Source: Candidatus Kaiserbacteria bacterium
GTDB taxonomy: Bacteria; Patescibacteriota; Minisyncoccia; Phycocordibacterales; UBA2100
Assembly (NCBI GenBank): GCA_016186695.1
Contig: JACPLC010000005.1
Span: 64,852 to 128,851 of the forward strand
Direction of reading: 5' to 3'
Length of the DNA stretch: 64,000 nt
The first letter of the stretch is position 1. Every line of letters starts with the position of its first letter. The position numbers and the translations under genes were made by a program. Below, piece by piece: positions 37,034-47,198 of the stretch. The notes under the pieces were generated by a model, which had not been told where the DNA came from, made no database searches, and saw only the letters and a program-made list of their open reading frames with translations.

Positions 37034-37723
37034 ATGAATCAGTACGAAGTGGAGGTGAAGGCACTGCTTGGGAGCGCGGAGCGCGCCGAAGCAATCCGAA
37101 AAGCGATGAAAAAAGTGGACGCTTCGTGCGCGCTTATCTCAAAAAACAAACAGTTGAATCACTACTTCGAGATCGATAAATTCTTCAAAGATCCCATCCA
37201 CTCCCTTGCCAGCGTGATGCGCGCACATCTTCCCGAGCACGCGATCGAGAAGCTCAAAGATATGGCAGCGCGCGCAAAGCAGTTCTCCTTGCGATCACGA
37301 AACAAGGATGGTGAGGCGCTGCTTGTCGTGAAGGCATCCGTCGACGAAACAACGAGTGAAAACGGTATCGCCCGCATCGAGTTCGAAGAAAAGTTCCCGC
37401 AATCGTTCGACTACCTCGACGAGCTCATTTTGACGAACGGATTCCGCTATCAGGCGAAGTGGTCGCGCGAGCGCGAGGAATATATGTGCCGCGGTGTGAA
37501 CGTCACACTCGACAAGAACGCCGGCTACGGATGGCTCGCAGAATTCGAACGCATCGTCGAAGATGAGGTGAAAGTCGAGGCTGCCCGAAATGAGATCCGC
37601 AGTCTTATGAAAGAACTCGAGGTTGAGGAGCTCGCGCAAGACCGTCTTGAGCGCATGTTCGCTTACTACAACGCCCACTGGCCGGAGTATTACGGCACCG
37701 AGAAAATATTCGTGATAGAGTAA
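37034..37723 (+). CDS. CYTH-domain protein
   Basis: YEVEVK (ExExK), R.REEY, VTLD..AGYG..AEFE. Confidence 0.8.
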   Translation: MNQYEVEVKALLGSAERAEAIRKAMKKVDASCALISKNKQLNHYFEIDKFFKDPIHSLASVMRAHLPEHAIEKLKDMAARAKQFSLRSRNKDGEALLVVKASVDETTSENGIARIEFEEKFPQSFDYLDELILTNGFRYQAKWSREREEYMCRGVNVTLDKNAGYGWLAEFERIVEDEVKVEAARNEIRSLMKELEVEELAQDRLERMFAYYNAHWPEYYGTEKIFVIE

Positions 37724-37729
37724 AGACCC

Positions 37730-38296
37730 ATGTTTTTGTCTGATGCGGATATCAAAAAGGCCGTACAAAAGGGCGAAATAACGCTCGAGCCTTTTAGCGA
37801 AGCCCAGCTTCAGCCCGTCTCCTACGACATTAAACTCGGCAATAAATTCATAACCAACGATGAGAGCTCGACGCACTTTGTCGATCCCTCGCGCAAGATC
37901 TATGCCAAAACGCGCGAGATGGAAGTAAGGGACGGCGAGGAATTCGTGCTTCACCCCGGTATCTCCGTTTTGGGAACTTCCAAAGAATATTTCGGCTCCG
38001 ATGTCTACCTCATTCAAATCGGCGGCAAATCATCGCTCGCGCGGGTCGGGCTCATGGTGCACAACACCGCGGGTATCATCAACCCCGGCCACTTTCTCCA
38101 CGTGACCTTCGAAATGACCAACCAGAGCAATGTTCCCATCATCTTGCGCCCCAGCATGGAGATCGCGCAGATAACATTCTCGATGATCTCCTCGCCGCCG
38201 GAGCGGAACTACCGCGCGGTGGGACGTTTCGCAAAAGACAACTGGAATCATTTCACCCCCGCCAAAAAGAACGGCCGCCGTTCGCTCAAAAAATAA
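37730..38296 (+). CDS. dcd: dCTP deaminase
   Basis: LSDADI, QPVSYD..LG, GKSSLAR.GL.VH.TAG.I.PG. Confidence 0.93.
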   Translation: MFLSDADIKKAVQKGEITLEPFSEAQLQPVSYDIKLGNKFITNDESSTHFVDPSRKIYAKTREMEVRDGEEFVLHPGISVLGTSKEYFGSDVYLIQIGGKSSLARVGLMVHNTAGIINPGHFLHVTFEMTNQSNVPIILRPSMEIAQITFSMISSPPERNYRAVGRFAKDNWNHFTPAKKNGRRSLKK

Positions 38297-38299
38297 CGT

Positions 38300-39283
38300 A
38301 TGGACCGTCATCCCGAGTATCAATACCTCGATCTATTAAAAGAAACGCTCGAGGTTGGTGAAGAACAGACAGACAAAGGGACGGGTGTTAAAACATACAG
38401 CATCTTCGGGCGGCAGATCCGTTTTGACCTTTCACAAAATCCGCCAGCTGGCGGATTCCCTCTTCTCACCACAAAAAAAGTGTACTGGAATGGTGTCATC
38501 CACGAGCTTTATTGGTTCCTCTCCGGACAATCCAACATCAAGTACCTCGTCGATCGGGGCGTGCATATTTGGGATGACTATCCGTACAAGATCTACAAGG
38601 AGAAAGTCGAGAAAGGCAACGCCCCCGACATGGGCAAGGACGAATTCATTGCGAAGATAAGAGATGATGCGGCGTTTGCAAAAGAGCATGGCGAGCTTCC
38701 CCACATCTACGGCGAGAGTTGGCGGCGGTGGCCTGCAAGAGACGGCCGGAGTGTTGACCAGCTCGGGTGGGCGATAGAAGAGCTGCGAAAGGACCCCGAT
38801 GCACACAATACACTCGTTACGTCGTGGAATCCCGAATACCTTTACAGCATGGCTGCGCCCGGAGAGGGGGCGCGCTTCCCTATTTGTCATAACATGTACC
38901 AGCTCAATATAAAGCGGGGCCGCGTCTGCATGCAGCTCTACCAGAGAAGCGGCGATATTTTTCTCGGCATTCCGTTCAACATCGCGAGCTATTCACTTCT
39001 CACCTCAATCGTCGCAAAGATCCTCGGGCGCGAGGCCGGAGAATTCGTGCATACCTTTGGCGACCTCCACATCTACGAAAATCATCGCGAGCAAGCGAAA
39101 GAACAACTGGCGCGGAGCCCGAATGCATTTCCAACTATTTCGTTTACCCAAGAATTTGATTCCCTCGATTCATTCAAACCGGAGTACGTGCAGCTGAATG
39201 ATTACAATCCGCATCCCCCTATCAAAGCAGAGCTCACGATCGCCGGCGGCTACAACAAAGCACTGCACGGGACAAAAGCATGA
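38300..39283 (+). CDS. thyA: Thymidylate synthase
   Basis: FPLLTTKK, PICH, YQRSGD.FLGIPFNIASY, GDLHIYENH. Confidence 0.96.
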   Translation: MDRHPEYQYLDLLKETLEVGEEQTDKGTGVKTYSIFGRQIRFDLSQNPPAGGFPLLTTKKVYWNGVIHELYWFLSGQSNIKYLVDRGVHIWDDYPYKIYKEKVEKGNAPDMGKDEFIAKIRDDAAFAKEHGELPHIYGESWRRWPARDGRSVDQLGWAIEELRKDPDAHNTLVTSWNPEYLYSMAAPGEGARFPICHNMYQLNIKRGRVCMQLYQRSGDIFLGIPFNIASYSLLTSIVAKILGREAGEFVHTFGDLHIYENHREQAKEQLARSPNAFPTISFTQEFDSLDSFKPEYVQLNDYNPHPPIKAELTIAGGYNKALHGTKA

Positions 39284-39897
39284 CCCGCGGGAAATTTATC
39301 GTACTCGAAGGCGGAGAGGGCTCCGGCAAGACGACTTTCGGAGAGCGGCTCAAACTTGAATTCCCCGAAATCGTCTACACGCAAGATCCCGGGGGCACGC
39401 CGCTCGGCGAGAAAATACGAGACCTCTTGATGGCGGACGAGACGGCGGGTATAGACGCGCGAGTCGAGCTACTGCTTTTTCTTGCGGGGCGTGCGCAACT
39501 TGTGACAGAGATCATTAAGCCCGCACTTGAGAGTGGGAAAAATGTGATATCGAACCGCTTCGGCCTCTCCTCTATCGCCTATCAAGTATACGGGCGCGAA
39601 CGTCCCGAACTCTTGTCACTCTATAGTTCTGTTTCAGCAGAGATCCTGCAGGGGTGCGTGCCCGATGCATGCATATTGCTTGACGTCACACCGGAGACGG
39701 GTGCTGCGCGCGTGCATGCTCGGCCCGAAACACCGACCCGCTTCGACAAGGAATCGCTCGATTTTCACGCACGCGTGCGCGAAGGCCTCAAAAAGCACGT
39801 CGGCGAATTCGGCAAACCATTCATCATCGATTCGGAAAAGCCGTTGGAGGAGGTCTGGACGGAAGTGAGAAATATCGTACAATCAATTCTTCAATAA
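39280..39897 (+). CDS. tmk: Thymidylate kinase
   Basis: FIVLEGGEGSGKTT, PGGTPLGEKIR, SSIAYQ. Confidence 0.95.
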   Translation: MTRGKFIVLEGGEGSGKTTFGERLKLEFPEIVYTQDPGGTPLGEKIRDLLMADETAGIDARVELLLFLAGRAQLVTEIIKPALESGKNVISNRFGLSSIAYQVYGRERPELLSLYSSVSAEILQGCVPDACILLDVTPETGAARVHARPETPTRFDKESLDFHARVREGLKKHVGEFGKPFIIDSEKPLEEVWTEVRNIVQSILQ

Positions 39898-39949
39898 CCC
39901 CCTATGGTCTAGCAAACGTACATACCTTTATCCGTTTTCATTCAAACGT

Positions 39950-41212
39950 ATGTACGACTACGTCAAGAAACAAGACAAGGAAGTATTTGAGGCGCTCGAA
40001 GGAGAAGAAAGAAGACAGGCGGAAGGGATCGAGTTGATCCCCTCGGAAAACTATGTCTCGCGCGCAGTTCGCGAGGCAAATTTCTCTAATCTCACGAATA
40101 AATATTCCGAGGGGTATCCCGGCAAGCGCTACTACGGCGGGCAGACGTACACCGACATCGTTGAAAATATCGCGCGCGACCGCGCAAAACAGCTTTTTGA
40201 TTGTAAGTTTGCGAACGTCCAGCCGCATGCTGGCGCAAACGCCAACATTGGCCTCTACTTCGCCCTCCTCGAGCCGGGCGACACGGTGCTTGGCATGGAC
40301 CTCTCGCACGGCGGCCATCTCACACACGGACATCCTGTCACGTACCTTACGAAAATCTTCAGGTTTGTTCGCTACAAGATGAAAAATGTGGATACGGGCG
40401 AGATCGACTACGATGAAATGCGCGAGGTGGCAAAGAAAGAAAAACCAAAGATTGTCCTTGCCGGCTACTCCGCCTATCCGCGCGAGCTCAACTATGCGAA
40501 GTTCGTTGAGATCGCGCGCGAGGTTGGCGCCTACGCGGTGATGGATATCGCACACATTGCAGGCCTGATCGCCGGCAAGGCCATGAAAAACCCCTTTGAC
40601 GCCGGTTTCGACATCATGACGACGACTACCCACAAGACGCTCCGCGGTCCGCGCGGCGGCATGATACTGACGCGCGAGAACGAGGAGGTCGCGAAGAAAA
40701 TCGACAAAAGCATTTTCCCAGGGCTTCAGGGCGGCCCGCTTATGAACACGATCGCTGGGAAGGCCGTGTGCTTCGGCGAAGCCCTCTCGCCGAAATTCAA
40801 AAAATACGCCGTACAGATTCTCAAGAACGCAAAAGCAATGGAGGAGGTCTTCCGGAAAGCAGAAATTCGCATGCTTACGGGCGGTACCGACAGCCATCTT
40901 ATCCTTGCCGATGTATTCGGCTCGATCGGCATGCCCGGAAAAGAAGCGGAGACGCTTCTCGACGAGGTCGGCATCACGCTCAACAAAAACGCTATCGCCG
41001 ACGACACGCGAGGACCGATGGATCCTTCAGGCATCCGCTTCGGGCCGCCCGCTATCACAACGCGCGGCTTCAAAGAGAAAGAGTGCGCGCGCGTCGCGGA
41101 GCTGATGGTAGAGGCGATGAAAAACAAGGACGACAAAAAGAAGCTCGGTGCGATCCGCGAAGAAATCCGCACACTTTGCAAAAAATTCCCGATACCGGAC
41201 GTATTCGTCTAA
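39950..41212 (+). CDS. glyA: Serine hydroxymethyltransferase
   Basis: NKYSEGYPGKRYYGG, GGHLTHG, TTTHKTLRGPRGG. Confidence 0.97.
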   Translation: MYDYVKKQDKEVFEALEGEERRQAEGIELIPSENYVSRAVREANFSNLTNKYSEGYPGKRYYGGQTYTDIVENIARDRAKQLFDCKFANVQPHAGANANIGLYFALLEPGDTVLGMDLSHGGHLTHGHPVTYLTKIFRFVRYKMKNVDTGEIDYDEMREVAKKEKPKIVLAGYSAYPRELNYAKFVEIAREVGAYAVMDIAHIAGLIAGKAMKNPFDAGFDIMTTTTHKTLRGPRGGMILTRENEEVAKKIDKSIFPGLQGGPLMNTIAGKAVCFGEALSPKFKKYAVQILKNAKAMEEVFRKAEIRMLTGGTDSHLILADVFGSIGMPGKEAETLLDEVGITLNKNAIADDTRGPMDPSGIRFGPPAITTRGFKEKECARVAELMVEAMKNKDDKKKLGAIREEIRTLCKKFPIPDVFV

Positions 41213-41231
41213 CCAGCGCCAAACGTATATA

Positions 41232-41849
41232 ATGCCCGAATTCATGTTCGGCATCGACCTTCTTTCGCTCGTGCAGCTCGTCGGCTACCCCGGCATCTTC
41301 GCGATGATATTCGCGGAATCCGGCATCCTCATCGGCGTCTTTTTCCCCGGTGCCTCGCTTCTCTTTGCTTCCGGCGTCCTTGCCGCGGCGGGCGTTTTCA
41401 ACATCTGGATTCTCCTTACGGGGGTCATCGTCGCGGCCGTCGCCGGCGACAGCGTCGGCTATTGGTTTGGGACGAAGGTGGGAACCGCACTCTACACGCG
41501 GCCCGACACGCGCTTCTTCAGGAAGGAGTACATCGAAAAGACCAAACTATTCTTCGATAAATACGGGACGCGTACCGTCCTCGTTGCGCGCTTCATCCCC
41601 ATCGTCCGTACCTTTGCGCCAATCCTCGCGGGCGTCGGCTCGATGACCTACAAGACTTTCCTCTTCTACAACGTCCTCGGTGCCTTTCTCTGGGCAGGCG
41701 GCGTGACGCTCCTCGGCTACACCTTAGGCAGGAGTATCCCCGACGCTGAAAAGTTTATTCTCCCGCTCGTGCTCATCATCGTCGGCTTCACACTGATACC
41801 TCTGGCGGTGCACTGGTGGCAAAATAGAGACGTGACGCCAAAGCAGTAA
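41232..41849 (+). CDS. DedA family membrane protein
   Basis: FAESG...G.F.PG.SLLF, ARFIPIVRTFAP. Confidence 0.93.
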   Translation: MPEFMFGIDLLSLVQLVGYPGIFAMIFAESGILIGVFFPGASLLFASGVLAAAGVFNIWILLTGVIVAAVAGDSVGYWFGTKVGTALYTRPDTRFFRKEYIEKTKLFFDKYGTRTVLVARFIPIVRTFAPILAGVGSMTYKTFLFYNVLGAFLWAGGVTLLGYTLGRSIPDAEKFILPLVLIIVGFTLIPLAVHWWQNRDVTPKQ

Positions 41850-41851
41850 CT

Positions 41852-42619
41852 ATGAGCTCTCCGCGCGCCGTCGTCTTCGACCTCGACAACACGCTTGCGC
41901 TCGCCTTCGAGCACCTCTCGGCGCGCACGGCCAAAGGTCTCTCGCAACTTCTCGAACTGATCCCTGTCGCGGTCATGAGCGGCGCGACGATCGAGCGCAT
42001 GGAAGAGTACGTGCTTCCCACCCTTCCTAGCGATGCCAAACTCGCAAACCTCTACCTCTTCCCCAACACCGGCGCGAGCTGCTACGTGTGGAAGAAGGGA
42101 GAGTGGCAGCGCGCATACCATCACGCCTTCACCAGAGAGGAGTTCGACGCGGCCGTCGCGGCTGTTTCGGAAGGCATCGAGAAAACGGGAATCGTCGAGG
42201 GGGCGCCGCAGTGGGGAGAGCGCATAGTCGCCCGCGAAAATCAAATCACGTTTGCAGGCATTGGCGTCGACGCGCCTGCCGACAAAAAGCGCGCGTGGGA
42301 TCCCGATCGCGCCAAGCGTGCAAAACTGAAAGCGTTTCTCGATGAAAAACTTGCGGGATTCGACTTCGACATACGTGTCTCCAGCCGTACCGCCATCGAC
42401 ATCACAAAAACCGGTATCAACAAGGCGCTCGGCGTGCGCTGGCTCGCTAAGCATCTGGGCGTCGAGCCAAAAGATATGCTATTCGTTGGCGACGACCTAA
42501 AGCCCCACGGCAACGACGCGGTAGTTATCCCGACCGGCATTCAAATACGCGAGACCTCCGGCCCCGAAGAGACGGCGGCTATCATCGAAGAGCTCATCGG
42601 TGCGAGCGATCCGACATGA
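41852..42619 (+). CDS. HAD-IIB hydrolase (paralog of 19601)
   Basis: FDLDNTL, WDPD..KR, FVGD.L..HGND. Confidence 0.88.
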   Translation: MSSPRAVVFDLDNTLALAFEHLSARTAKGLSQLLELIPVAVMSGATIERMEEYVLPTLPSDAKLANLYLFPNTGASCYVWKKGEWQRAYHHAFTREEFDAAVAAVSEGIEKTGIVEGAPQWGERIVARENQITFAGIGVDAPADKKRAWDPDRAKRAKLKAFLDEKLAGFDFDIRVSSRTAIDITKTGINKALGVRWLAKHLGVEPKDMLFVGDDLKPHGNDAVVIPTGIQIRETSGPEETAAIIEELIGASDPT

Positions 42620-42723
42620 ATGGGGTTTGCTGTTTATAACAAGATTGTTCAAAAAGAAAATAGGTGGTACACCTATTTTGGTGAAAGCACGGTGCTCTCA
42701 TCCACGAACACGGGAGACTCTCC

Positions 42724-43077
42724 ATGGGTAGAGCAGGCCACGGACGAAGGGCGTTCAAGACGCCCGCAGGCCGCGCGCACGATGCGCGAGACGCGCTTAT
42801 AGGGACGCTCGGCAGACTGAAAGAAGAGCTTGAAAAGGGACATGAGGTTGCGGCGACGCAATTTCAGAACGAACTTCTCTCAGTCTTCGCGACGGCCGAG
42901 TCGGTTCGAACGTTCGGCATGCCAGTACAAAAATGTCAGAACCTTCTCAAGCGCGATCCGAGCAAATACGAGGTGCTCGAACACCTCGTGATGAAGAAGT
43001 TGCACTCCGGTTCGGGGCCAACCGTCATCTTCGGAATCCTGCGCTGGAAGGCGCGCGAGCTCGGTGTTCCGATCTGA
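42724..43077 (+). CDS. Hypothetical protein
   Basis: GGGAG SD; terminator at 43107-43136. Confidence 0.6.
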   Translation: MGRAGHGRRAFKTPAGRAHDARDALIGTLGRLKEELEKGHEVAATQFQNELLSVFATAESVRTFGMPVQKCQNLLKRDPSKYEVLEHLVMKKLHSGSGPTVIFGILRWKARELGVPI

Positions 43078-43208
43078 CGCCAAAATACGCCATCACGCTT
43101 GCTCTTGTGGCCGCCCCTCAAGGCGGCCGCTTTTTTGCCGATTTGACCCCGCAAAACACGTACGTCTTGGTCCCTCATGGCGGCAAGGTCTCGCCTTGCC
43201 ATTCCTCT

Positions 43209-43613
43209 CTAGCGGATGCGAACCGAGCTTGAATTGATGTTGGAGTGGTAAGAGATGTAGGTGCCACCGCCACTGCCTCCCTGCCCACCCACCACGCCGC
43301 CATTTGCGCCGTTCCCTCCTCCTCCAGAAATCGAACCCCCCGCGCCGCCCGCAGCTCCGGCTGCTCCCGGCGCCTGCATCCAGACGGAACCTCCAGAGTT
43401 TGAGTAGCCGCTACCGTAATTTGAATAGCCGAAGTATGACGCATATGTCGGAACAGAGAAGAACTGCACTTGAGGAGCGTATGGCAATGCCCAATAGGGG
43501 TACGCATACGCACGCGGCACGGAAACGGCAGCATACGCGATGAACGCACTTGCCACGGCAATGCCGAGAGAAACTGTCACTACCCTATTTCGCTGAACTG
43601 GTGTCGAACTCAT
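43209..43613 (-). CDS. Secreted Gly-rich protein
   Basis: Signal peptide VSVPRAYA; Gly-rich tail ending NINSSSVRIR. Confidence 0.7.
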   Translation of the reverse strand: MSSTPVQRNRVVTVSLGIAVASAFIAYAAVSVPRAYAYPYWALPYAPQVQFFSVPTYASYFGYSNYGSGYSNSGGSVWMQAPGAAGAAGGAGGSISGGGGNGANGGVVGGQGGSGGGTYISYHSNINSSSVRIR

Positions 43614-43633
43614 ATAAGTGATTAACGATAAAT

Positions 43634-43738
43634 AAAAAAGCGACGCCTTCCGAAGAAGTGTCGCTGCCTACTAATAATTATGATGTATTGCAACATCGTG
43701 CGTGCTCACTTCGCCGTTTCCCGAAGCCAAGCAGACAC
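43634..43738 (-). ncRNA. Candidate cis-regulatory leader RNA, copy A, with terminator
   Basis: 48-nt core 42/48 identical to 46643-46690; hairpin plus U-run before the ATG at 43613. Confidence 0.6.
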
Positions 43739-43945
43739 GACTCTATTTTACGCCTGCGCCCGAGCGATGACTATTGACACCAAGAGCACGCTGTTTGCTA
43801 GAGAACTAGAGAATCAGCGGATTGGCCGGGATGGCGCGATACTCGTGGCAGACCGCTAAACATCGCAATGCCTCAAGGCCGCCACCTCGGCGGCCTTTTT
43901 GTTTGTCATTTTGACCCGCCAGAGTCTATATAGTAGAGTGCCCAC

Positions 43946-44257
43946 GTGAATCAGTGGATACAAGATAATTGGCTTAAAGTCTTAGCGATTCTCTTTGCGC
44001 TTGGTGCCTTGGCGCCCGTCCCCTATTTTGCCTACTACCAGATGATGAATTGGATCGTCGTTGGCGCAGCGCTCACCACCGCATGGCAAGCATATAAACA
44101 GAAGAACAATTGGCTTTTGTGGCTGTTTATACTCGTTGCTGTCATTTTCAATCCTATCGCTCCTCTCTACTTTTCGGCAGACATATGGCGCATCGCTGAT
44201 ATCGTCGCGGCAATTCTCTTCATAATTTCGTTTTTCATACTTAAGCCAACGAAGTAA
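43946..44257 (+). CDS. Small membrane protein (DUF6804-like)
   Basis: PYFAYYQ..NWIV, IFNPIAPLY, W...D. Confidence 0.75.
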   Translation: MNQWIQDNWLKVLAILFALGALAPVPYFAYYQMMNWIVVGAALTTAWQAYKQKNNWLLWLFILVAVIFNPIAPLYFSADIWRIADIVAAILFIISFFILKPTK

Positions 44258-44265
44258 GTGCTGTC

Positions 44266-44300
44266 AAAACAAAAGAGCCCTTCGCGGGCTCTTTTGTTTT
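44266..44300. terminator. Bidirectional terminator
   Basis: AAAACAAAAGAGCCC-ttcgc-GGGCTCTTTTGTTTT between convergent genes. Confidence 0.8.
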
Positions 44301-44312
44301 TACTAATAATGT

Positions 44313-46502
44313 TTAGTCCGCTATGTATTCCCACACTGCATCGATGAACGTGTCTGCGTTCTCGGTCGGTGCCGACCACGCCAGCTTGAACCCGTACGGG
44401 CTTCCACCTGTACCCGGCACGATCGAGTAGCCGTTGACGAGAGCAATGTTGTCGCTGCTCTCTGCTGAGTAATAGATACAGACAACGCCCGCAGCGGAGG
44501 AACCGAGACCGGGACACAACGCCAAGTCAGCAGCTGACTCTTCCGAGTTCGGACCTGCGGCAATCACCTCGGCGTCGGTCAGATCTTTGTTGGCCGGAAT
44601 CTGGAGAGTCATGATCGTCCCGAAGTCTTGCCCGAATTCGCTTCCGGGAGGCAGCGGACCGGCGTGGGCATCCAGCCCGATACCGCCACGGATCGTCTCG
44701 CCTGACACGAGTGGCGTCAGCGCAGAGCGTCCAGCAGGACCGGGCGCACCTGTTGCACCCGTTGCCCCAGTTGGGCCAGCCGGACCAGTCTCGCCTTGGA
44801 CTCCTTGGATACCCTGTGCGCCAGTCGCTCCCGTTGCACCTTGCGGACCCGGGTCGCCCTGCACTCCCTGTGGTCCTTGTGCACCAGTCGCACCTTGAGG
44901 ACCTATTGGGCCTTGCGGACCTCGACAGTCGAGAGCATTAATCACCGAATCACCATTTACGTCTTCTGTGGAGAAGTCTTGAACTCCGTTGCCGTTGAGA
45001 TCCCAACAACTTAGCCCAGTAGGACCTTGGAGTCCTTGCGGACCCGTGAGGCCGGTTGGCCCGGTAGGGCCTGCCGGACCAGCAGGACCAGTTGCGCCCT
45101 GCGGACCTTCGGGGCCTGCCGGACCAGTTGGACCAGTATCACCCGTCGCGCCTGTTGGACCGATTGGTCCTGTGGGGCCTGCCGGACCAGCAGGACCAGT
45201 GTCTCCTTGTGCGCCTACAGCTCCTGTTTCTCCTTGCGCACCAGTTGCACCGGTTGCTCCTGTTTCTCCTTGCGCACCAGTTGCACCGGTCGCACCAGTC
45301 AACCCGACTGGACCTTGCGGACCCTCCGGACCTGCTGGACCGGTTGGGCCTTCTGGACCAGCTGGACCCATTGGACCAGTCTCGCCTGCCGGACCCGCGG
45401 GACCCATCGGACCATCGGCACCTTGTGGGCCTGCGGGACCTGTCTCACCAGTCAAGCCGATTGGGCCTTGAGGACCTGTTGGGCCAATCGCGCCTGTCTC
45501 GCCTGCTGGTCCTTGTGGACCCACCTCACCCTGCGGACCTGCAGGACCTTGTGGACCCTGAGCACCTTCAGCTCCAGGCTCTCCGGCTGCACCTTCGGCA
45601 CCCGGCGCACCTTCTGCTCCTGGTGCGCCATCACAAACGTAGCTCGTGGAAGTTATTTCTTCAGCGTCCAGTACGGCGTTGTTGTTTGCATCAATACCAG
45701 ACTCTACTTTTTGCCCACCAGCTGCGCAGTTCTCTCCTGCCGGCTCACTAGTCACAACAACCAATGCCTCCGAACCGTCTTCGCCATCTGTTCCATCTGT
45801 GCCGTTGACACCATCCGCGCCATCAACCCCATCACAGATATAACTTGTCGTAACCGGGCCTTCGCCCACGCTCGTTTCAACTTTCTTTCCACCTGCAAGG
45901 CAGTTCTCGCTCAGAGCGGGTTCGTCGGTCACGACAACGTTTGCAGATTCTCCGTCGGCACCTGCCGGACCTTGGGAGCCAACGTCACCCGGCGGACCTT
46001 GTGCACCATCTTCTCCGTCAGCACCCGCAGGACCAGTCGGACCTGGGTCACCCTGCGGACCCTGTTCACCCTGAGGCCCTTGTGTGCCGTCCTCACCATC
46101 GGCGCCGGAAGGACCCTGCGCGCCATCTTCTCCGTCAGCTCCCGTCGACCCAGTTGGCCCCGGATCACCTTGCGGACCTTGTGGGCCGGTTTCTCCTTGT
46201 GAGCCGGTTGCACCGGGCTCTCCCTGCGGACCCTGTTCTCCCTGAGGGCCTTGCGGACCTTGTTCTCCTCGAGGACCCTGAACGGATCTCCCGATCGATG
46301 CATTGACACCCCCTTCTCCTTCACCGCAGTTGAACCTGCTGAATGGCGAGCTGGTTGCATTACTGCCTATGCAAAAATCCAAGCGAAGTTGTGCATACGC
46401 TCTCGGAACAGAAACTCCGGCAAACAACATCAAACCAAACGCACTCGCGATCGTCAGCAAGACCAATTTCCTTTCCCTCACCACATGTAGAACACTGTTC
46501 AT
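44313..46502 (-). CDS. Secreted collagen-like protein
   Basis: Long Gly-X-Y tracts; interruptions EP...NC..GG...SY.CDG twice and CWDLNGNG...D.NGD...ALDC. Confidence 0.9.
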   Translation of the reverse strand: MNSVLHVVRERKLVLLTIASAFGLMLFAGVSVPRAYAQLRLDFCIGSNATSSPFSRFNCGEGEGGVNASIGRSVQGPRGEQGPQGPQGEQGPQGEPGATGSQGETGPQGPQGDPGPTGSTGADGEDGAQGPSGADGEDGTQGPQGEQGPQGDPGPTGPAGADGEDGAQGPPGDVGSQGPAGADGESANVVVTDEPALSENCLAGGKKVETSVGEGPVTTSYICDGVDGADGVNGTDGTDGEDGSEALVVVTSEPAGENCAAGGQKVESGIDANNNAVLDAEEITSTSYVCDGAPGAEGAPGAEGAAGEPGAEGAQGPQGPAGPQGEVGPQGPAGETGAIGPTGPQGPIGLTGETGPAGPQGADGPMGPAGPAGETGPMGPAGPEGPTGPAGPEGPQGPVGLTGATGATGAQGETGATGATGAQGETGAVGAQGDTGPAGPAGPTGPIGPTGATGDTGPTGPAGPEGPQGATGPAGPAGPTGPTGLTGPQGLQGPTGLSCWDLNGNGVQDFSTEDVNGDSVINALDCRGPQGPIGPQGATGAQGPQGVQGDPGPQGATGATGAQGIQGVQGETGPAGPTGATGATGAPGPAGRSALTPLVSGETIRGGIGLDAHAGPLPPGSEFGQDFGTIMTLQIPANKDLTDAEVIAAGPNSEESAADLALCPGLGSSAAGVVCIYYSAESSDNIALVNGYSIVPGTGGSPYGFKLAWSAPTENADTFIDAVWEYIAD

Positions 46503-46567
46503 ACCATTATAGTAGTTACTAATTTCTTGTAATCGCTAATAAACGGCCGACCAAAACTACCCAAAAG

Positions 46568-46690
46568 AAAAAACTGCTTTGCGCCTACACGCAAAACAGT
46601 CCATCTTTGTGATGAATAACTCCCGAACCGCGTTTTCGGTTCCAACATCATGCGTGCTTCCTTCACCGTTTCCCGAAGTCAAGCAGGCAC
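46568..46690 (-). ncRNA. Candidate cis-regulatory leader RNA, copy B, with terminator
   Basis: Same 48-nt core as copy A; ACTGTTTTGCG/CGCAAAGCAGT hairpin then U-run. Confidence 0.6.
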
Positions 46691-46824
46691 ATAACAATCG
46701 TATACCTCAGGAGAGCGGCCTGTAGATTTAGTTCTGTGGAAAAGTCAGAAATCCCAGGAAAAATCTGTGTGCATCGCTGGGGAAACCGTGGGGACAACGC
46801 TGGGGACAGTTCCAAGACACAACA

Positions 46825-46850
46825 TACCAACATTCTTGAGAATGTTGGTA
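46825..46850. repeat. Palindrome abutting the -10 box of the ArsR gene
   Basis: TACCAACATTCT-TG-AGAATGTTGGTA then TATAAT. Confidence 0.8.
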
Positions 46851-46863
46851 TATAATGGCGTGC

Positions 46864-47154
46864 ATGGCAACAAGTAAATTGAAGAGCTCGAGGCAACTTG
46901 AACGGCATCTTAAGGGCGTTGCTAACCATTGGCGAATCGATATATTGCTCACTATCGCCGCCAGCCCAGGCATTACCCTCGAAGCTATCGCCGACCACCT
47001 TGAGGGCAACGTGAAAACGATCTCGGAGCACACGAGGCGACTCGCGCAAGCGGGTTTAATTGATAAGAAATACGAAGGCCGGACCGTCACGCACGTCCTT
47101 TCACCCTACGGAAAGATATTCAGACAATTCCTCGTAACATTCCAACATTCTTGA
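46864..47154 (+). CDS. ArsR-like winged HTH regulator
   Basis: KGVANHWRIDIL, TISEHTRRL.QAGLI. Confidence 0.85.
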   Translation: MATSKLKSSRQLERHLKGVANHWRIDILLTIAASPGITLEAIADHLEGNVKTISEHTRRLAQAGLIDKKYEGRTVTHVLSPYGKIFRQFLVTFQHS

Positions 47155-47169
47155 GAATGTTGGAATGTT
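47136..47169. repeat. Palindrome overlapping the ArsR stop codon
   Basis: AACATTCCAACATTCT-TG-AGAATGTTGGAATGTT. Confidence 0.8.
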
Positions 47170-47198
47170 TGGCTCCTGAAGAGAGTCCGGCGAGCATT

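Noticed and set aside
44700-46300. Dense DNA repeats as a possible CRISPR array
   Set aside because: Periodicity is 9 nt from collagen Gly-X-Y codons; no constant repeat with unique spacers and no cas genes
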